From an uncultured Candidatus Saccharibacteria bacterium (GTDB lineage: Bacteria > Patescibacteriota > Minisyncoccia > Phycocordibacterales > UBA1006): 64,000 bases of DNA. A program made the position numbers and the translations under genes. Shown here piece after piece: positions 41,614-51,381 of this stretch. Within the stretch, counting starts at the first letter, position 1. Every line of letters starts with the position of its first letter. The stretch lies in the NCBI GenBank assembly GCA_964601935.1, contig CAZROP010000001.1:98428-162427 (forward strand). Reading direction: 5' to 3'. The notes below the pieces were generated by a model. That model did not search any database, had not been told where the DNA came from, and worked only from the letters and a program-made list of their open reading frames with translations.

Positions 41614-42776
41614 ATATGTGCAGACAATTTTGCAGGTCCATAATATTCGATATCATACGTTGCGCGCGCAGGTGACATGTTCGCAATAATCGATAACGCA
41701 ATGCCTAGCCCGATAGACTCTGCCAGAATATGCGAGCCGCCGAAACTCATAAACGGCATCGGCAACCCGGTTACTGGCAAGAGACCCATATTCATGCCGA
41801 TATGAATACCACCATGAATTCCAATCATGGTTGCATAGCCAACCAGATAGAGTGCATCAACTACGCGCTCTGCATAAATAGCTGATACAAGGATCGCAAC
41901 AACCAGGAGTATGAATGCCAATACGACCAATATACCTCCTGTGGCTCCCCACTCTTCTACAAAACTTGCATACACGAAATCTGTATGGTGCTCAGGCAAA
42001 AATCCCAACCTACCTTGCGTACCCTCGCCTACGCCTACGCCCCACCAACCGGCGGAGCCAATCGCAACCTTTGATTGTATTACGTTATATCCTGCACCAT
42101 ATGGATCTGATTCTGGATTGAGAAATGTCACAACACGATCTTTTTGATAATCTGCAAATACGAACACCCAGCTAATAACTCCCAGCGCAAAAACACCGCC
42201 TATGACTATCAGTATGTGTTTCCACCATAGCCCTGCGGCTATCGTAATACCAAACAGCATAGCAACAAATACAACCATGGTCCCAAAGTCTGGCTGAAGC
42301 AATAATAGAAATGACACGACCGCAATTGCGACCAGAGGTACAACTAGTGTTGCAGGGTGTTTTATATACACATGTCGTCGTTCGTAGAAATGTGCTAGAA
42401 ACAGTCCGAATATTATTTTCGCTCCGTCAGCGGGTTGCAACGAAAACATGCCGAGATCGAACCAACTTCTCGCGCCATTTACCTTTGATCCAACTAACAG
42501 CACCAGCACCAGCATAACCAGGGCGGCGATAAATAGATACCTAACCAAGACTTCATCACGATACCAGAGATACCCTGTTGATTTTGAAAAAAACCGAATC
42601 ATCAGTATACCAACTAGCACATACATCGCCTGACGCAAAAATTGAATATTAGTTATGAAAAAACTAAATCCAGGAACCGTAGGATCGTACAACACTACCA
42701 AACCCGCTAACACCAAAACACAGACAGATGTTATTATGATTGATCGCAATAAACCAAATGATTGAAGTACTAGCAT
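41610..42776 (-). CDS. rodA: SEDS peptidoglycan polymerase RodA/FtsW
   Basis: GARSW...LQP, QPDFGT, LPEHHTDF, LPVTGLPMPFMSFGGS. Confidence 0.9.
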   Translation of the reverse strand: MLVLQSFGLLRSIIITSVCVLVLAGLVVLYDPTVPGFSFFITNIQFLRQAMYVLVGILMIRFFSKSTGYLWYRDEVLVRYLFIAALVMLVLVLLVGSKVNGARSWFDLGMFSLQPADGAKIIFGLFLAHFYERRHVYIKHPATLVVPLVAIAVVSFLLLLQPDFGTMVVFVAMLFGITIAAGLWWKHILIVIGGVFALGVISWVFVFADYQKDRVVTFLNPESDPYGAGYNVIQSKVAIGSAGWWGVGVGEGTQGRLGFLPEHHTDFVYASFVEEWGATGGILVVLAFILLVVAILVSAIYAERVVDALYLVGYATMIGIHGGIHIGMNMGLLPVTGLPMPFMSFGGSHILAESIGLGIALSIIANMSPARATYDIEYYGPAKLSAHI

Positions 42777-42782
42777 ACAGAG

Positions 42783-43577
42783 TTAGCGTGTACTTTGCAA
42801 CAAATCTGGGAATTTGAAAACAGGTCGAAATTCCACACGGTACGGCTCTGTTCCTTGGAAGGAAACCGGCCAGGTAAATACCAGTCGAGCAGTTTCGAGC
42901 GGGGGCAGTCTGTCCGTGACCGATGTGCTGACTGCAACTACCGTATCCGTTGCGTCGAATATTACCGCAACTGTCTGAACATCTTTGAAGAGCCTGAATG
43001 CATCTGTATTAGTGATCGTTGTTGTAGCGGATGGTCTGTCGTCAATTTGTAGAGATGTATTTTGATAATCGAATGGATTGGGTGTAGTTTTTTTCGGCAA
43101 GCGCAACCACTCGTGATCATTATTAACAGTGCACTGAGCACGAGAAGGGCGCACGTCGTTAGACGCGAATCGCAACCCTGTAACAGCATAAAAGTAATTA
43201 CCTGCAGGAGGCACCGACGCAGAACCCGAAACCTGCTGAACGCGCCTATAATCATCAGTTAACAGATTGCATCGATACGTAATACCGTGTGCCACTGCGT
43301 CATAGTTTTTATTCTCTATTTCCAATACCACACTGTATACCTTGTCAGTTACAGGAACAACACGTGCCCACGGTATGAACAATGGCCTGGTTTCTTGAAC
43401 ACATACTCTGATACATGCTCCACCGCAGTCGATGCCCGTCTCTGATCCGTTCTGTTGGTTATCTGTACACAGAGGTTGTTCTGTCAGTTTTTTCAAAACA
43501 ATTGCTCCGCCCACCAAAAGACCTATACCCAAAAGAACCACTATTACTATAATAATTCGCCTACGGAATGCCCACAT
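42783..43577 (-). CDS. Membrane-anchored protein with Cys-rich motif
   Basis: TM then CTDNQQNGSETGIDCGGAC-x2-C. Confidence 0.75.
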   Translation of the reverse strand: MWAFRRRIIIVIVVLLGIGLLVGGAIVLKKLTEQPLCTDNQQNGSETGIDCGGACIRVCVQETRPLFIPWARVVPVTDKVYSVVLEIENKNYDAVAHGITYRCNLLTDDYRRVQQVSGSASVPPAGNYFYAVTGLRFASNDVRPSRAQCTVNNDHEWLRLPKKTTPNPFDYQNTSLQIDDRPSATTTITNTDAFRLFKDVQTVAVIFDATDTVVAVSTSVTDRLPPLETARLVFTWPVSFQGTEPYRVEFRPVFKFPDLLQSTR

Positions 43578-43692
43578 ATGTACGTATTATAGACCAGCCA
43601 TAGACAAAAGACTAATGAATCTTTTAAACCAGGCCTGTGATTTATGAAAATATAAAACTGTTCGAGATGTAACACTACAAGAGGAGCTAAGA

Positions 43693-44601
43693 CTAATATC
43701 CTTCTTTCTGCAATACCTCAATAGCTTTTTTTGCGTCTTTTGAAAGCTTTTTAGGTACTTGGATTTTGGTTACCACTAACAAATCTCCCTGGCTACCCCG
43801 AATTGGGACTCCGCGACCTCGCACGCGCAGCACGTCACCTGGTTGCAGTCCGGCCGGTATGTCTATGGATAGATTCTTGCCGTCTAGCATTTCTACCGAG
43901 AACGTAGCACCGAGCAAAGCTTCTGTTAGTTTTACTTCTCGATCTATGACAAGATTTCGACCTTCACGACGAAATACACGATGAGGTTCGACACGTATTT
44001 GAATATGTAAATCACCATTTTTATTATTAACAGTTATGCGTTCACCTTCACCACGCACTTGCAGTGTCATACCATTTTCGACACCTGCGGGTATATCTAT
44101 GGTCACATCTCGACGGCCATCCTGTTTGCCATCCACATAATTAGGTACCACTATCGTTTTCGAACAACCAAATACCGACTCTTTGAACGTCAAGACTGTC
44201 TGCACCTCGATAGCACGCCCTCGTGGATTACGGCGAGACCCTCCACCAAACAACTCTGACATTACGTCATTGAGATCAATATTACCATCCTGACCAAAAT
44301 GAAATTCGAAACCACCATTTCCAAAGCCACCTTGAAACTGTGAAAAATCAAAACCTCCAAATGGATTTCCTCCTCCAGGACCACCCATCTGTGGTCCATC
44401 GCTTCCAAATTGGTCATACTGCGCACGCTTAGTCTGATCGGACAAAACTTGATAGGCCTCGTTTACTTCTTTGAACTTTGCCTCGTTTCCAGTTGGCTTG
44501 TCAGGATGATGTTGTCCTGCAAGTTTATAGAACGCCTTTTTTATTTCATCAGGCGACGCAGTTTTGGAAACTCCTAGAATTGAGTAGTAGTCTTTTGACA
44601 T
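43693..44601 (-). CDS. dnaJ: DnaJ-family chaperone lacking the zinc finger
   Basis: J-domain HPD, G/F region, C-terminal domain; no CxxCxGxG; follows dnaK. Confidence 0.9.
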   Translation of the reverse strand: MSKDYYSILGVSKTASPDEIKKAFYKLAGQHHPDKPTGNEAKFKEVNEAYQVLSDQTKRAQYDQFGSDGPQMGGPGGGNPFGGFDFSQFQGGFGNGGFEFHFGQDGNIDLNDVMSELFGGGSRRNPRGRAIEVQTVLTFKESVFGCSKTIVVPNYVDGKQDGRRDVTIDIPAGVENGMTLQVRGEGERITVNNKNGDLHIQIRVEPHRVFRREGRNLVIDREVKLTEALLGATFSVEMLDGKNLSIDIPAGLQPGDVLRVRGRGVPIRGSQGDLLVVTKIQVPKKLSKDAKKAIEVLQKEGY

Positions 44602-44615
44602 AGTGTATTATACCA

Positions 44616-44682
44616 AAGGCGGAAATCTTGCTAAAAGTAGTATATGCTACCTTCCACGAGATTCCCGCCTTCGCGGGAATGA
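44616..44682. repeat. REP/dRS3-like palindromic element
   Basis: ATTCCC-GCCTTCGC-GGGAAT at 44661..44680 with a decayed complementary arm at 44616..44630. Confidence 0.6.
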
Positions 44683-44695
44683 TACTTACTAATAA

Positions 44696-46591
44696 TTATT
44701 CTTTCGCATCCGTATCAACAATGGACTCATCTGCGTCCGCAGAAGTATCTCCTGCGTTCTTACCTGGAGCCTGACTTTTTTCCTGCTCTTCCTTCATAAT
44801 CACCTCACCTATCTGCATCATTGCAGTACTTAACTCTGTCACGGCATTATCCATTGCAGCTACATCGGCTGATTCTTTCAAAGACTTTGCAGCCTCCATT
44901 TTATCAGTAATAGCCTTCTTTATATCTTCTGGAATCTTTTCATTGTACTCGCGCAGATTCTTTTCAGCACTGAATACCGCATGGTCCAGTTCATTGCGCT
45001 TTTCTGCTAGCTCGCGCTTTTTCTTGTCGTCTTCTGCGTTAGTTTCAGCATCCGCCTGCATGCGGGCGACGTCTTCATCTGACAAGCCTCCGCTTGCCTC
45101 TATACGAATTGATTGCTCTTTGTTGCTTGCCTTATCCTTTGCTGTTACGCTCAGAATACCATTCGCATCTATATCAAACGTTACTTCGATCTGTGGGATG
45201 CCTCGTGGACTGGGTGGAATACCGTCTAACACAAATCGGCCTAGTGATTTGTTATCAGCAAACATTGCTCGCTCACCCTGGAACACCTGAATGTCTACGC
45301 TTGGCTGATTATCTGAAGCCGTCGAAAATACCTGGGATTTTGATGTAGGAATAGTTGTGTTACGCTCAATAATTTTTGTGGCAACTCCGCCCATAGTTTC
45401 GATTCCTAATGACAGTGGCGTTACATCCAGTAGCAATACATCCTGAACATCACCCTGGAGAACTCCTGCCTGAACTGCTGCACCGAGCGCAACTACTTCA
45501 TCAGGGTTGATTGATCGGTTTGGCTCTTTACCGAATACAGAACGGACTCTTTCTACGATCAACGGCATTCGTGTTTGTCCACCAACCAAAATAATTTCAT
45601 TGATAGCAGACACATCAATACCTGAATCCTTTACTACATTACGAGTAATAGTGATCGCTTTTTCTACAAAGCTCATTGATATCTCTTCCAGTTTTGCACG
45701 TGTCATTTTTAATAACAAATGCTTTGGTCCAGTAGCGTCCGATGTTATAAACGGAATATTTATTTCGGTATCTGCTGCAGTTGATAATTCAATCTTTGCC
45801 TTTTCTGCAGCCTCGTCCAATCGCTGCATTGCCAAACTATCTCCTGATACATCGATACCTGAATCCTTTTTGAACTCCGCTACGATCCATTTGATAATAT
45901 CAGTATCAATATCACGCCCACCGAGATGATGGTCACCTCCTGTGGATTTTACCTCTACAATGGACTCAGAAACTTCCAGAACAGACACATCGAATGTTCC
46001 TCCACCAAAATCGAATACTACTATCTTCTCGTTCTTTTTCTTATCAAACCCGTAAGCAAGTGCTGCTGCAGTTGGCTCGTTGATTATACGCTTGACCTCT
46101 AGCCCTGCTATCTTCCCCGCATTTTTTGTTGCCTGTCGCTGCGCATCATTGAAATATGCGGGCACTGTAATCACAGCCTCGGTAACGGTATACCCTAAAC
46201 GCGCCTCTGCGTCAGCCTTTAGCTTTGCCAGAATCATTCCTGATATTTCTTCTGGTCGATAGTTCTTGCCACTGAGAGTTATTTCAGCGCTTCCATCGCT
46301 ACCACGCACAACCTTGTATGGTGCAGTTTTCATATCAGACTGGACAGCACTGTCATCGTACTTGTGGCCCATGTAACGCTTCACCCCGTAGATAACATTC
46401 CCAGCATTGGTAATACTCTGTCGTTTTGCCGCGACCCCCACACTACGCTCTCCGGTCTTACTGACAGCAACTACCGACGGAGTGGTGCGCGCACCTTCCG
46501 AGTTTTCTAAAATAACAGGCTGGCCACCCTGCATTACTGCTATAGCGCTATTTGTTGTTCCTAAATCGATTCCAATAATTTTTGATGACAT
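44696..46591 (-). CDS. dnaK: Chaperone DnaK
   Basis: [35 protein letters not shown]. Confidence 0.99.
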   Translation of the reverse strand: MSSKIIGIDLGTTNSAIAVMQGGQPVILENSEGARTTPSVVAVSKTGERSVGVAAKRQSITNAGNVIYGVKRYMGHKYDDSAVQSDMKTAPYKVVRGSDGSAEITLSGKNYRPEEISGMILAKLKADAEARLGYTVTEAVITVPAYFNDAQRQATKNAGKIAGLEVKRIINEPTAAALAYGFDKKKNEKIVVFDFGGGTFDVSVLEVSESIVEVKSTGGDHHLGGRDIDTDIIKWIVAEFKKDSGIDVSGDSLAMQRLDEAAEKAKIELSTAADTEINIPFITSDATGPKHLLLKMTRAKLEEISMSFVEKAITITRNVVKDSGIDVSAINEIILVGGQTRMPLIVERVRSVFGKEPNRSINPDEVVALGAAVQAGVLQGDVQDVLLLDVTPLSLGIETMGGVATKIIERNTTIPTSKSQVFSTASDNQPSVDIQVFQGERAMFADNKSLGRFVLDGIPPSPRGIPQIEVTFDIDANGILSVTAKDKASNKEQSIRIEASGGLSDEDVARMQADAETNAEDDKKKRELAEKRNELDHAVFSAEKNLREYNEKIPEDIKKAITDKMEAAKSLKESADVAAMDNAVTELSTAMMQIGEVIMKEEQEKSQAPGKNAGDTSADADESIVDTDAKE

Positions 46592-46626
46592 ATAAATATT
46601 AGTATTTCTTTAAATAAATAATTCGA

Positions 46627-47217
46627 CTATTCTGGATCTAGCGTTCCGATAATTACGCGAGCTGGGCGGATCACCGAGTCTTTGTGTCGATACCCCTTTT
46701 GCAACACCTCTACAACCTTGCCCGCTTGCGCTACGTCCTCCACCTTTCGATAATCATGCGGCTCGTGAATAACAGGATCGAATGGTTCTCCGAGAGGAGA
46801 GGAGCTAGTCACTCCATATCCTTCCAGAACATTCACTAATTGCTGATAAATATATTCAACGCCTACTCGCCAGTTTTTGTCTACCGACTGCCAGACGGCA
46901 GTATTCCCCATTGCAGCATCGAAGCTATCCAAGACCGGCAGTAATCGTTCGCATATGTCGATAATCAAAACTGATTTCAAATTTTCACGTCTTGATTCTT
47001 CTGATTTGCGAATGTTGATACTGTCAGCTCGTTCTCGCTGCAACTGGACCAGATAGTCATCTCTCTCTTTACGTACCTGATCTAGCTCCTTTTTGATCTT
47101 GGCAAGCTTCTGAGCGGTACTGAGCTCCTGATTCTGGTCATCTGTGTCGGCAAACTCGACATCGTCAGCGTCTGCCGGATCGTCGATAATTATTTCATCT
47201 GTGTCATTAGCATTCAT
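46627..47217 (-). CDS. grpE: Nucleotide exchange factor GrpE
   Basis: RERADSINIRK, LLPVLDSF, FDPVIHE, QKGY...IRPARV. Confidence 0.95.
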   Translation of the reverse strand: MNANDTDEIIIDDPADADDVEFADTDDQNQELSTAQKLAKIKKELDQVRKERDDYLVQLQRERADSINIRKSEESRRENLKSVLIIDICERLLPVLDSFDAAMGNTAVWQSVDKNWRVGVEYIYQQLVNVLEGYGVTSSSPLGEPFDPVIHEPHDYRKVEDVAQAGKVVEVLQKGYRHKDSVIRPARVIIGTLDPE

Positions 47218-47226
47218 ACACATTGT

Positions 47227-47294
47227 ATTATACTCGCCGGTTTCTATTTGACAAGTATCTCACAGTTGCAAATATATTGTCTAAAGTGTATAGT
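47227..47294. promoter_or_regulatory. Divergent promoters for grpE and the PaaX-like gene
   Basis: Minus strand TTGTCA-16-TATAAT; plus strand TTGCAA-17-TATAGT; no CIRCE element. Confidence 0.6.
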
Positions 47295-47319
47295 ATTCTC
47301 GTAAAGGACCCTAAAAGCT

Positions 47320-47877
47320 ATGTCTCGTCAAAACATTCAACATATCATAATGAAGCTTATCTCTATGGCAAAACAAATACCTGAGGAGGAATTATTGTCT
47401 CAGGTAGAGTTGGCGTTGGCGGACAGTGACGCAACAGAGCGCAAGGTGAAGCCAGAATATATTATAAAAAGAACCCTCAAAAGATTGGAAGAGTCTGGAT
47501 CGGTCGAACGCGGCTTTGCTCATGACGGAATACCCACCATATCTCTGACAGAGTCAGGGTCAGGGAAACTCCACCGTGCTAGCGTGGCCGGTCCTTCCCA
47601 GGTACTACCTGCGACATGGGATGGCAAGTGGCGCATGATTATGCTGGACTTTGAATCAGACGACAAGCGTGCCCGTGATGCAGTACGATACATGCTAAAG
47701 AAGGCAAACTTTCTCTGTCTCAAACAAAGCATCTGGATTACCCCTCATAACCTGGAAGGGTTCATCCGAGAAATGAAGTATCATATGAAGCTCACCAGCG
47801 AAGTATTATTTGTATTAGCAGAACGATTAGATACCGAGGTAGAACATGAGGTTAAGGAATACTTTGGAATAGAGTAG
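47320..47877 (+). CDS. PaaX-like regulator (wHTH plus Cas2-like fold)
   Basis: RTLKRLEESGSVE...LTESG; WDGKWRMIMLDF...R...L...KQSIWITP. Confidence 0.8.
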   Translation: MSRQNIQHIIMKLISMAKQIPEEELLSQVELALADSDATERKVKPEYIIKRTLKRLEESGSVERGFAHDGIPTISLTESGSGKLHRASVAGPSQVLPATWDGKWRMIMLDFESDDKRARDAVRYMLKKANFLCLKQSIWITPHNLEGFIREMKYHMKLTSEVLFVLAERLDTEVEHEVKEYFGIE

Positions 47878-47878
47878 C

Positions 47879-47936
47879 CGCCGAATAGTATGAAAATGCC
47901 GCTCCCTAGGGAGCGGCATTTTCATACTATTCGGCG
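47879..47936. repeat. 58-bp perfect palindrome (also usable as a bidirectional terminator)
   Basis: CGCCGAATAGTATGAAAATGCCGCTCCCT|AGGGAGCGGCATTTTCATACTATTCGGCG. Confidence 0.9.
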
Positions 47937-47945
47937 ACACATTCC

Positions 47946-48263
47946 TTACCCTTGCTCACCATACAACATATCTTGCAATTCCTGATAACGCTCTTCTAGT
48001 CCGTTTTGCTCTGCGAGTATCCAGGCATCGTCTAAGCAATTATCTACTTGGCCATCCTGTCCTGCATGGAAATACACAAAAGCACATTTAAAAATAAAAT
48101 CTAAATGCTCGTATTCATCTCGCGGGTCTTGTTGATCTAAAACTCTCTGCTGCTCATCTTTCCATAAATCAAAAACCCTTCGACCCTCTTCCGTGTCACT
48201 GCGAAGCATATTTATTAGATCTTCTATACTCGACTGCCGTTCGCCAAATCTTTCTACAAACAT
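47946..48263 (-). CDS. Hypothetical acidic helical protein
   Basis: 105-aa ORF starting 3 nt after the trmD stop. Confidence 0.6.
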   Translation of the reverse strand: MFVERFGERQSSIEDLINMLRSDTEEGRRVFDLWKDEQQRVLDQQDPRDEYEHLDFIFKCAFVYFHAGQDGQVDNCLDDAWILAEQNGLEERYQELQDMLYGEQG

Positions 48264-48266
48264 ATA

Positions 48267-48959
48267 TTAGTTTTCGTTAAGCTTCCACTTTTCTATTTCT
48301 GCATGGTTGCCATTCTGCAGCACGTCAGGAACAGAGTAGGTATTCCCCTCCCACTCCAGCACTGCTGGGCGTGTGTACATTTCGTGGCTGCTGACACGCG
48401 ACTCCTCGATGGATTCGCTTTTCGGCAAAACACCCGCTATGCGTCGTGTGATCGCATCTACGATAACTAGTGCCGGCAGTTCGCCTCCTGTCAAAACATA
48501 ATCACCTATTGATATCGCCTGCACGCCCAGTATTTCTGCTACGCGCGAATCGATACCCTCGTATCGACCGCACAGAATGACCATATCACTGATTTCGGTA
48601 TCCAGTGCACTCTGTGCCCAGTCGTTAGTGAGTATAGATCCACCAGGACTAGTCAGAACGATAGCGGTTTTGGTACCACCTAGTTTGTGTATTTCCTTTT
48701 TTATTTTATCGACAGCAATCAGGATTGGTTCTGCAGTCATCACCATCCCCGGGCCTCCTCCATACGGCCTATCATCCACAGTCTTATGCTTGTCACGTGC
48801 GCAATCACGGGGATTCACCAGGTATACAGCGATGTGATTAGTACCCACTGCCCGACCCAGAATGGACACCGTCAAATACGGTTCGCACGCCTCCGGGAAC
48901 AGGGTGACGATCCAGAATCGTATTGTTGGGGATTTTTGCTTGGTGGGAGTGTACGCCAT
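48267..48959 (-). CDS. trmD: tRNA (guanine-N1)-methyltransferase
   Basis: TLFPE, VDDRPYGGGPGMVM, CGRYEGID, SIGDYVLTGGELPA. Confidence 0.97.
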   Translation of the reverse strand: MAYTPTKQKSPTIRFWIVTLFPEACEPYLTVSILGRAVGTNHIAVYLVNPRDCARDKHKTVDDRPYGGGPGMVMTAEPILIAVDKIKKEIHKLGGTKTAIVLTSPGGSILTNDWAQSALDTEISDMVILCGRYEGIDSRVAEILGVQAISIGDYVLTGGELPALVIVDAITRRIAGVLPKSESIEESRVSSHEMYTRPAVLEWEGNTYSVPDVLQNGNHAEIEKWKLNEN

Positions 48960-49071
48960 ATAGTCCAAGCTTATAGGTTTTGAGAGTAAATGCAACAACT
49001 TGAAAACACCTTACTTTATGCTAGTCTTACTGCAACTCTAAATTAGAGCAAACTATAAAAAAATAACTCAC

Positions 49072-49347
49072 ATGAAAATTATTGGTGGCTATTACGACGA
49101 GACAGGTTCATACGAGACTAGGCAAAAAGCCAGTACGACAGCTCGCGCTCAGTTTGTAACAGAACTAGAGGCCTGGCTACAGAGAACACTCACTGAGGTA
49201 GAAGAGGTGCTGATTCGCAGCCTCTCAGAAGAAGGCACTGGCTGGCACGAGATCGGCCTTGTAGATATTCAATTAAGCCCATCTACTGCGGAAAAAAGCG
49301 CGCAACCTCACAGCAGCCCTGTTTCAGATGAATTGCACGATTGGTAA
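49072..49347 (+). CDS. Hypothetical protein
   Basis: 91-aa ORF with A-rich upstream region and downstream hairpin plus T-run. Confidence 0.5.
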   Translation: MKIIGGYYDETGSYETRQKASTTARAQFVTELEAWLQRTLTEVEEVLIRSLSEEGTGWHEIGLVDIQLSPSTAEKSAQPHSSPVSDELHDW

Positions 49348-49415
49348 CAATGGACGATATTTATTATTTCTGCGATCTTCGCAAAACAGGTCGGGTTTGC
49401 ATTCCGCTAATCCGA

Positions 49416-49464
49416 CTTTTTATATGCTGTTTTAAATACTCTGTCGTACCGCCTACCCTTTTAC
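49416..49464 (-). repeat. Displaced duplicate of the 3' end of the FAD oxidoreductase gene (matches 49732..49780)
   Basis: 43/49 nt identical; encodes KRVGGTTEYLKQHIK vs KKVGGTTEYLRQHIK. Confidence 0.85.
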
Positions 49465-49596
49465 GATACTGACAGAATCTTTTATACACGTAGCTTTGTG
49501 TAAAGAATCACCTCTATCATAATAGAATAGATACTTGACAATACATTATAATATGCTATTATGATGATAATCGTTAATCCTATAATTAAATTTCAC

Positions 49597-49677
49597 ATGG
49601 CAAAAAAAGTAAAAACCTACACGTGGCTGGCCTTCGGCCTAGCCATAATTATAGCGGCCTTCGTTGAAGGATGCTAA
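49597..49677 (+). CDS. 26-aa hydrophobic peptide MAKKVKTYTWLAFGLAIIIAAFVEGC
   Basis: Promoter TTGACA-16-TATTAT (49535..49562), basic N-terminus plus TM helix, terminator at about 49686..49723. Confidence 0.55.
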   Translation: MAKKVKTYTWLAFGLAIIIAAFVEGC

Positions 49678-49724
49678 AAAAACGGGTCGGGCGGATCGAG
49701 AACAAGAATCCTCCCGACTTTTTA

Positions 49725-51362
49725 TTATTCCCTTTTTATATGCTGCCTCAAATACTCTGTCGTTCCTCCTACCTTTTTACCAGGATTGAATATATTCAAC
49801 GGATCGAATATCTGTTTTACCTTTTTGAAAAGCTCGAGCATGTCATCATCAAACATATGATGTAAATATGGTGTACGTACAATACCATCATTGTGTTCTG
49901 CAGTAATTGATCCGTGATACTCATGGACCAACGCATATACTTTTTCAGATACATCCATAATTATTTCGACAGTCTGTGGATCACGGAAATCCATCAACGG
50001 AATTATGTGGAAATTACCATTCCCTGCATGTCCAGCAATAGTGTAGTTCAGGTTATACGAATGTAACAGATCATGTAATCGCGGCAAAAACTCTGGCAGA
50101 AATTCCGGAACAATACATACATCGTCTATGAATGGTGCTGTGCGTTTTCCTGACAGATGCTTGCGTAATAGATTGAATGATTCCCGGCGAATAGTCCAGT
50201 ACTTTTCTTCCCCTGCATCATTGGCAGGAATTCTCACCTCATAGCCGAATTTCTGTACCGCATCATGGGCAGGCAATAGACGTGTATCTATCTCTTCATC
50301 ATTCACACCTTTGAACTCTGCAACCAATATTAATTTGGGCACACCACCCCGCAGCATCATCCCCAACTCTGGCAAGAATTGTATCCCGAGTGACAGTGAT
50401 TTCTTCCATCCGAGACTTTTTATAAAATCAGGAAAAAACCGTACTGCTAATTTCATTGATGCATCATCGTAGGACTCTATACTACTAGGACTGTACTCTA
50501 GCAAGACATTCACAATTTCACCCAGGCGCGACAAATCTGGCAGCATAACGACTATCATCTTTGCAGCTGGCTCTACTGGTCGCAGTCTCCATGTAATTTC
50601 ACTAGCAATACCAAGTGTTCCCTGCGAACCGCACAATAATTGATTCATATCGAAATCTCCTGTTTCAGCATCCAATACATTCCACAAATAATATCCTGCA
50701 GAGTTTTTTGATACTAATGGTTTATTGCGCTGAATCACCGTCCAATTATCACGGATCAGCGTATATACATCTCGATACAAACGACCCTCGAATGAATCCT
50801 GTACGATTTTGAATTGTAGCGCACGATCTGATAGCGGAGACACTACATATTCGTTTCCATCTGCGAACACGTGCTTCGTCTTCATAATCCAATTGGCAGC
50901 TTTACCATGTAGCAACGATGCCTCTCCGCCACAATTATTGCCGAACATTCCCCCTATGCCACACAGATGCTTGCTTGCCGGGTACACTGGCATTTCCAAA
51001 CTAGCAGCGTGCGTGACCAATTCCATATCACGATACAGCGCACCTGGTTGTGCAGTAATATACGGTATATCATCGCGCATTTCGATACTGCCGATGGTAT
51101 TCATGTATTTTTGTGTATCAATGATAACTCCCTCTGTCAGTGATCCACCTGACATACAGGTGCCCGCTGACCGGGCTGCCATATATGCACCTGCTTCGCC
51201 TTTTTCTGCGGCTTTTGAAATCTGCCTGACTATTTGCCGTAACTGACCCGAGTCTTCAGGAAATGTAACCAACGATGGAGTAACAGAAAATATACTCGCA
51301 TCACTACTACATCGGCCGATATCTGATTTATCTATACTCTGGTCTACACTCGTTATATTCAT
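49725..51362 (-). CDS. FAD-binding oxidoreductase (GlcD/D-lactate dehydrogenase-like)
   Basis: RSAGTCMSGGS, GSQGTLGI, GHAGNGNFH, AEHNDG, FDPLNIFNPGK. Confidence 0.92.
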   Translation of the reverse strand: MNITSVDQSIDKSDIGRCSSDASIFSVTPSLVTFPEDSGQLRQIVRQISKAAEKGEAGAYMAARSAGTCMSGGSLTEGVIIDTQKYMNTIGSIEMRDDIPYITAQPGALYRDMELVTHAASLEMPVYPASKHLCGIGGMFGNNCGGEASLLHGKAANWIMKTKHVFADGNEYVVSPLSDRALQFKIVQDSFEGRLYRDVYTLIRDNWTVIQRNKPLVSKNSAGYYLWNVLDAETGDFDMNQLLCGSQGTLGIASEITWRLRPVEPAAKMIVVMLPDLSRLGEIVNVLLEYSPSSIESYDDASMKLAVRFFPDFIKSLGWKKSLSLGIQFLPELGMMLRGGVPKLILVAEFKGVNDEEIDTRLLPAHDAVQKFGYEVRIPANDAGEEKYWTIRRESFNLLRKHLSGKRTAPFIDDVCIVPEFLPEFLPRLHDLLHSYNLNYTIAGHAGNGNFHIIPLMDFRDPQTVEIIMDVSEKVYALVHEYHGSITAEHNDGIVRTPYLHHMFDDDMLELFKKVKQIFDPLNIFNPGKKVGGTTEYLRQHIKRE

Positions 51363-51381
51363 ATCTGAGGGAGTATAGCAT

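Noticed and set aside
47320-47877. CRISPR-Cas locus suggested by the Cas2-like domain
   Set aside because: No repeat-spacer array or other cas genes in the window; the wHTH fusion fits the PaaX-like family.
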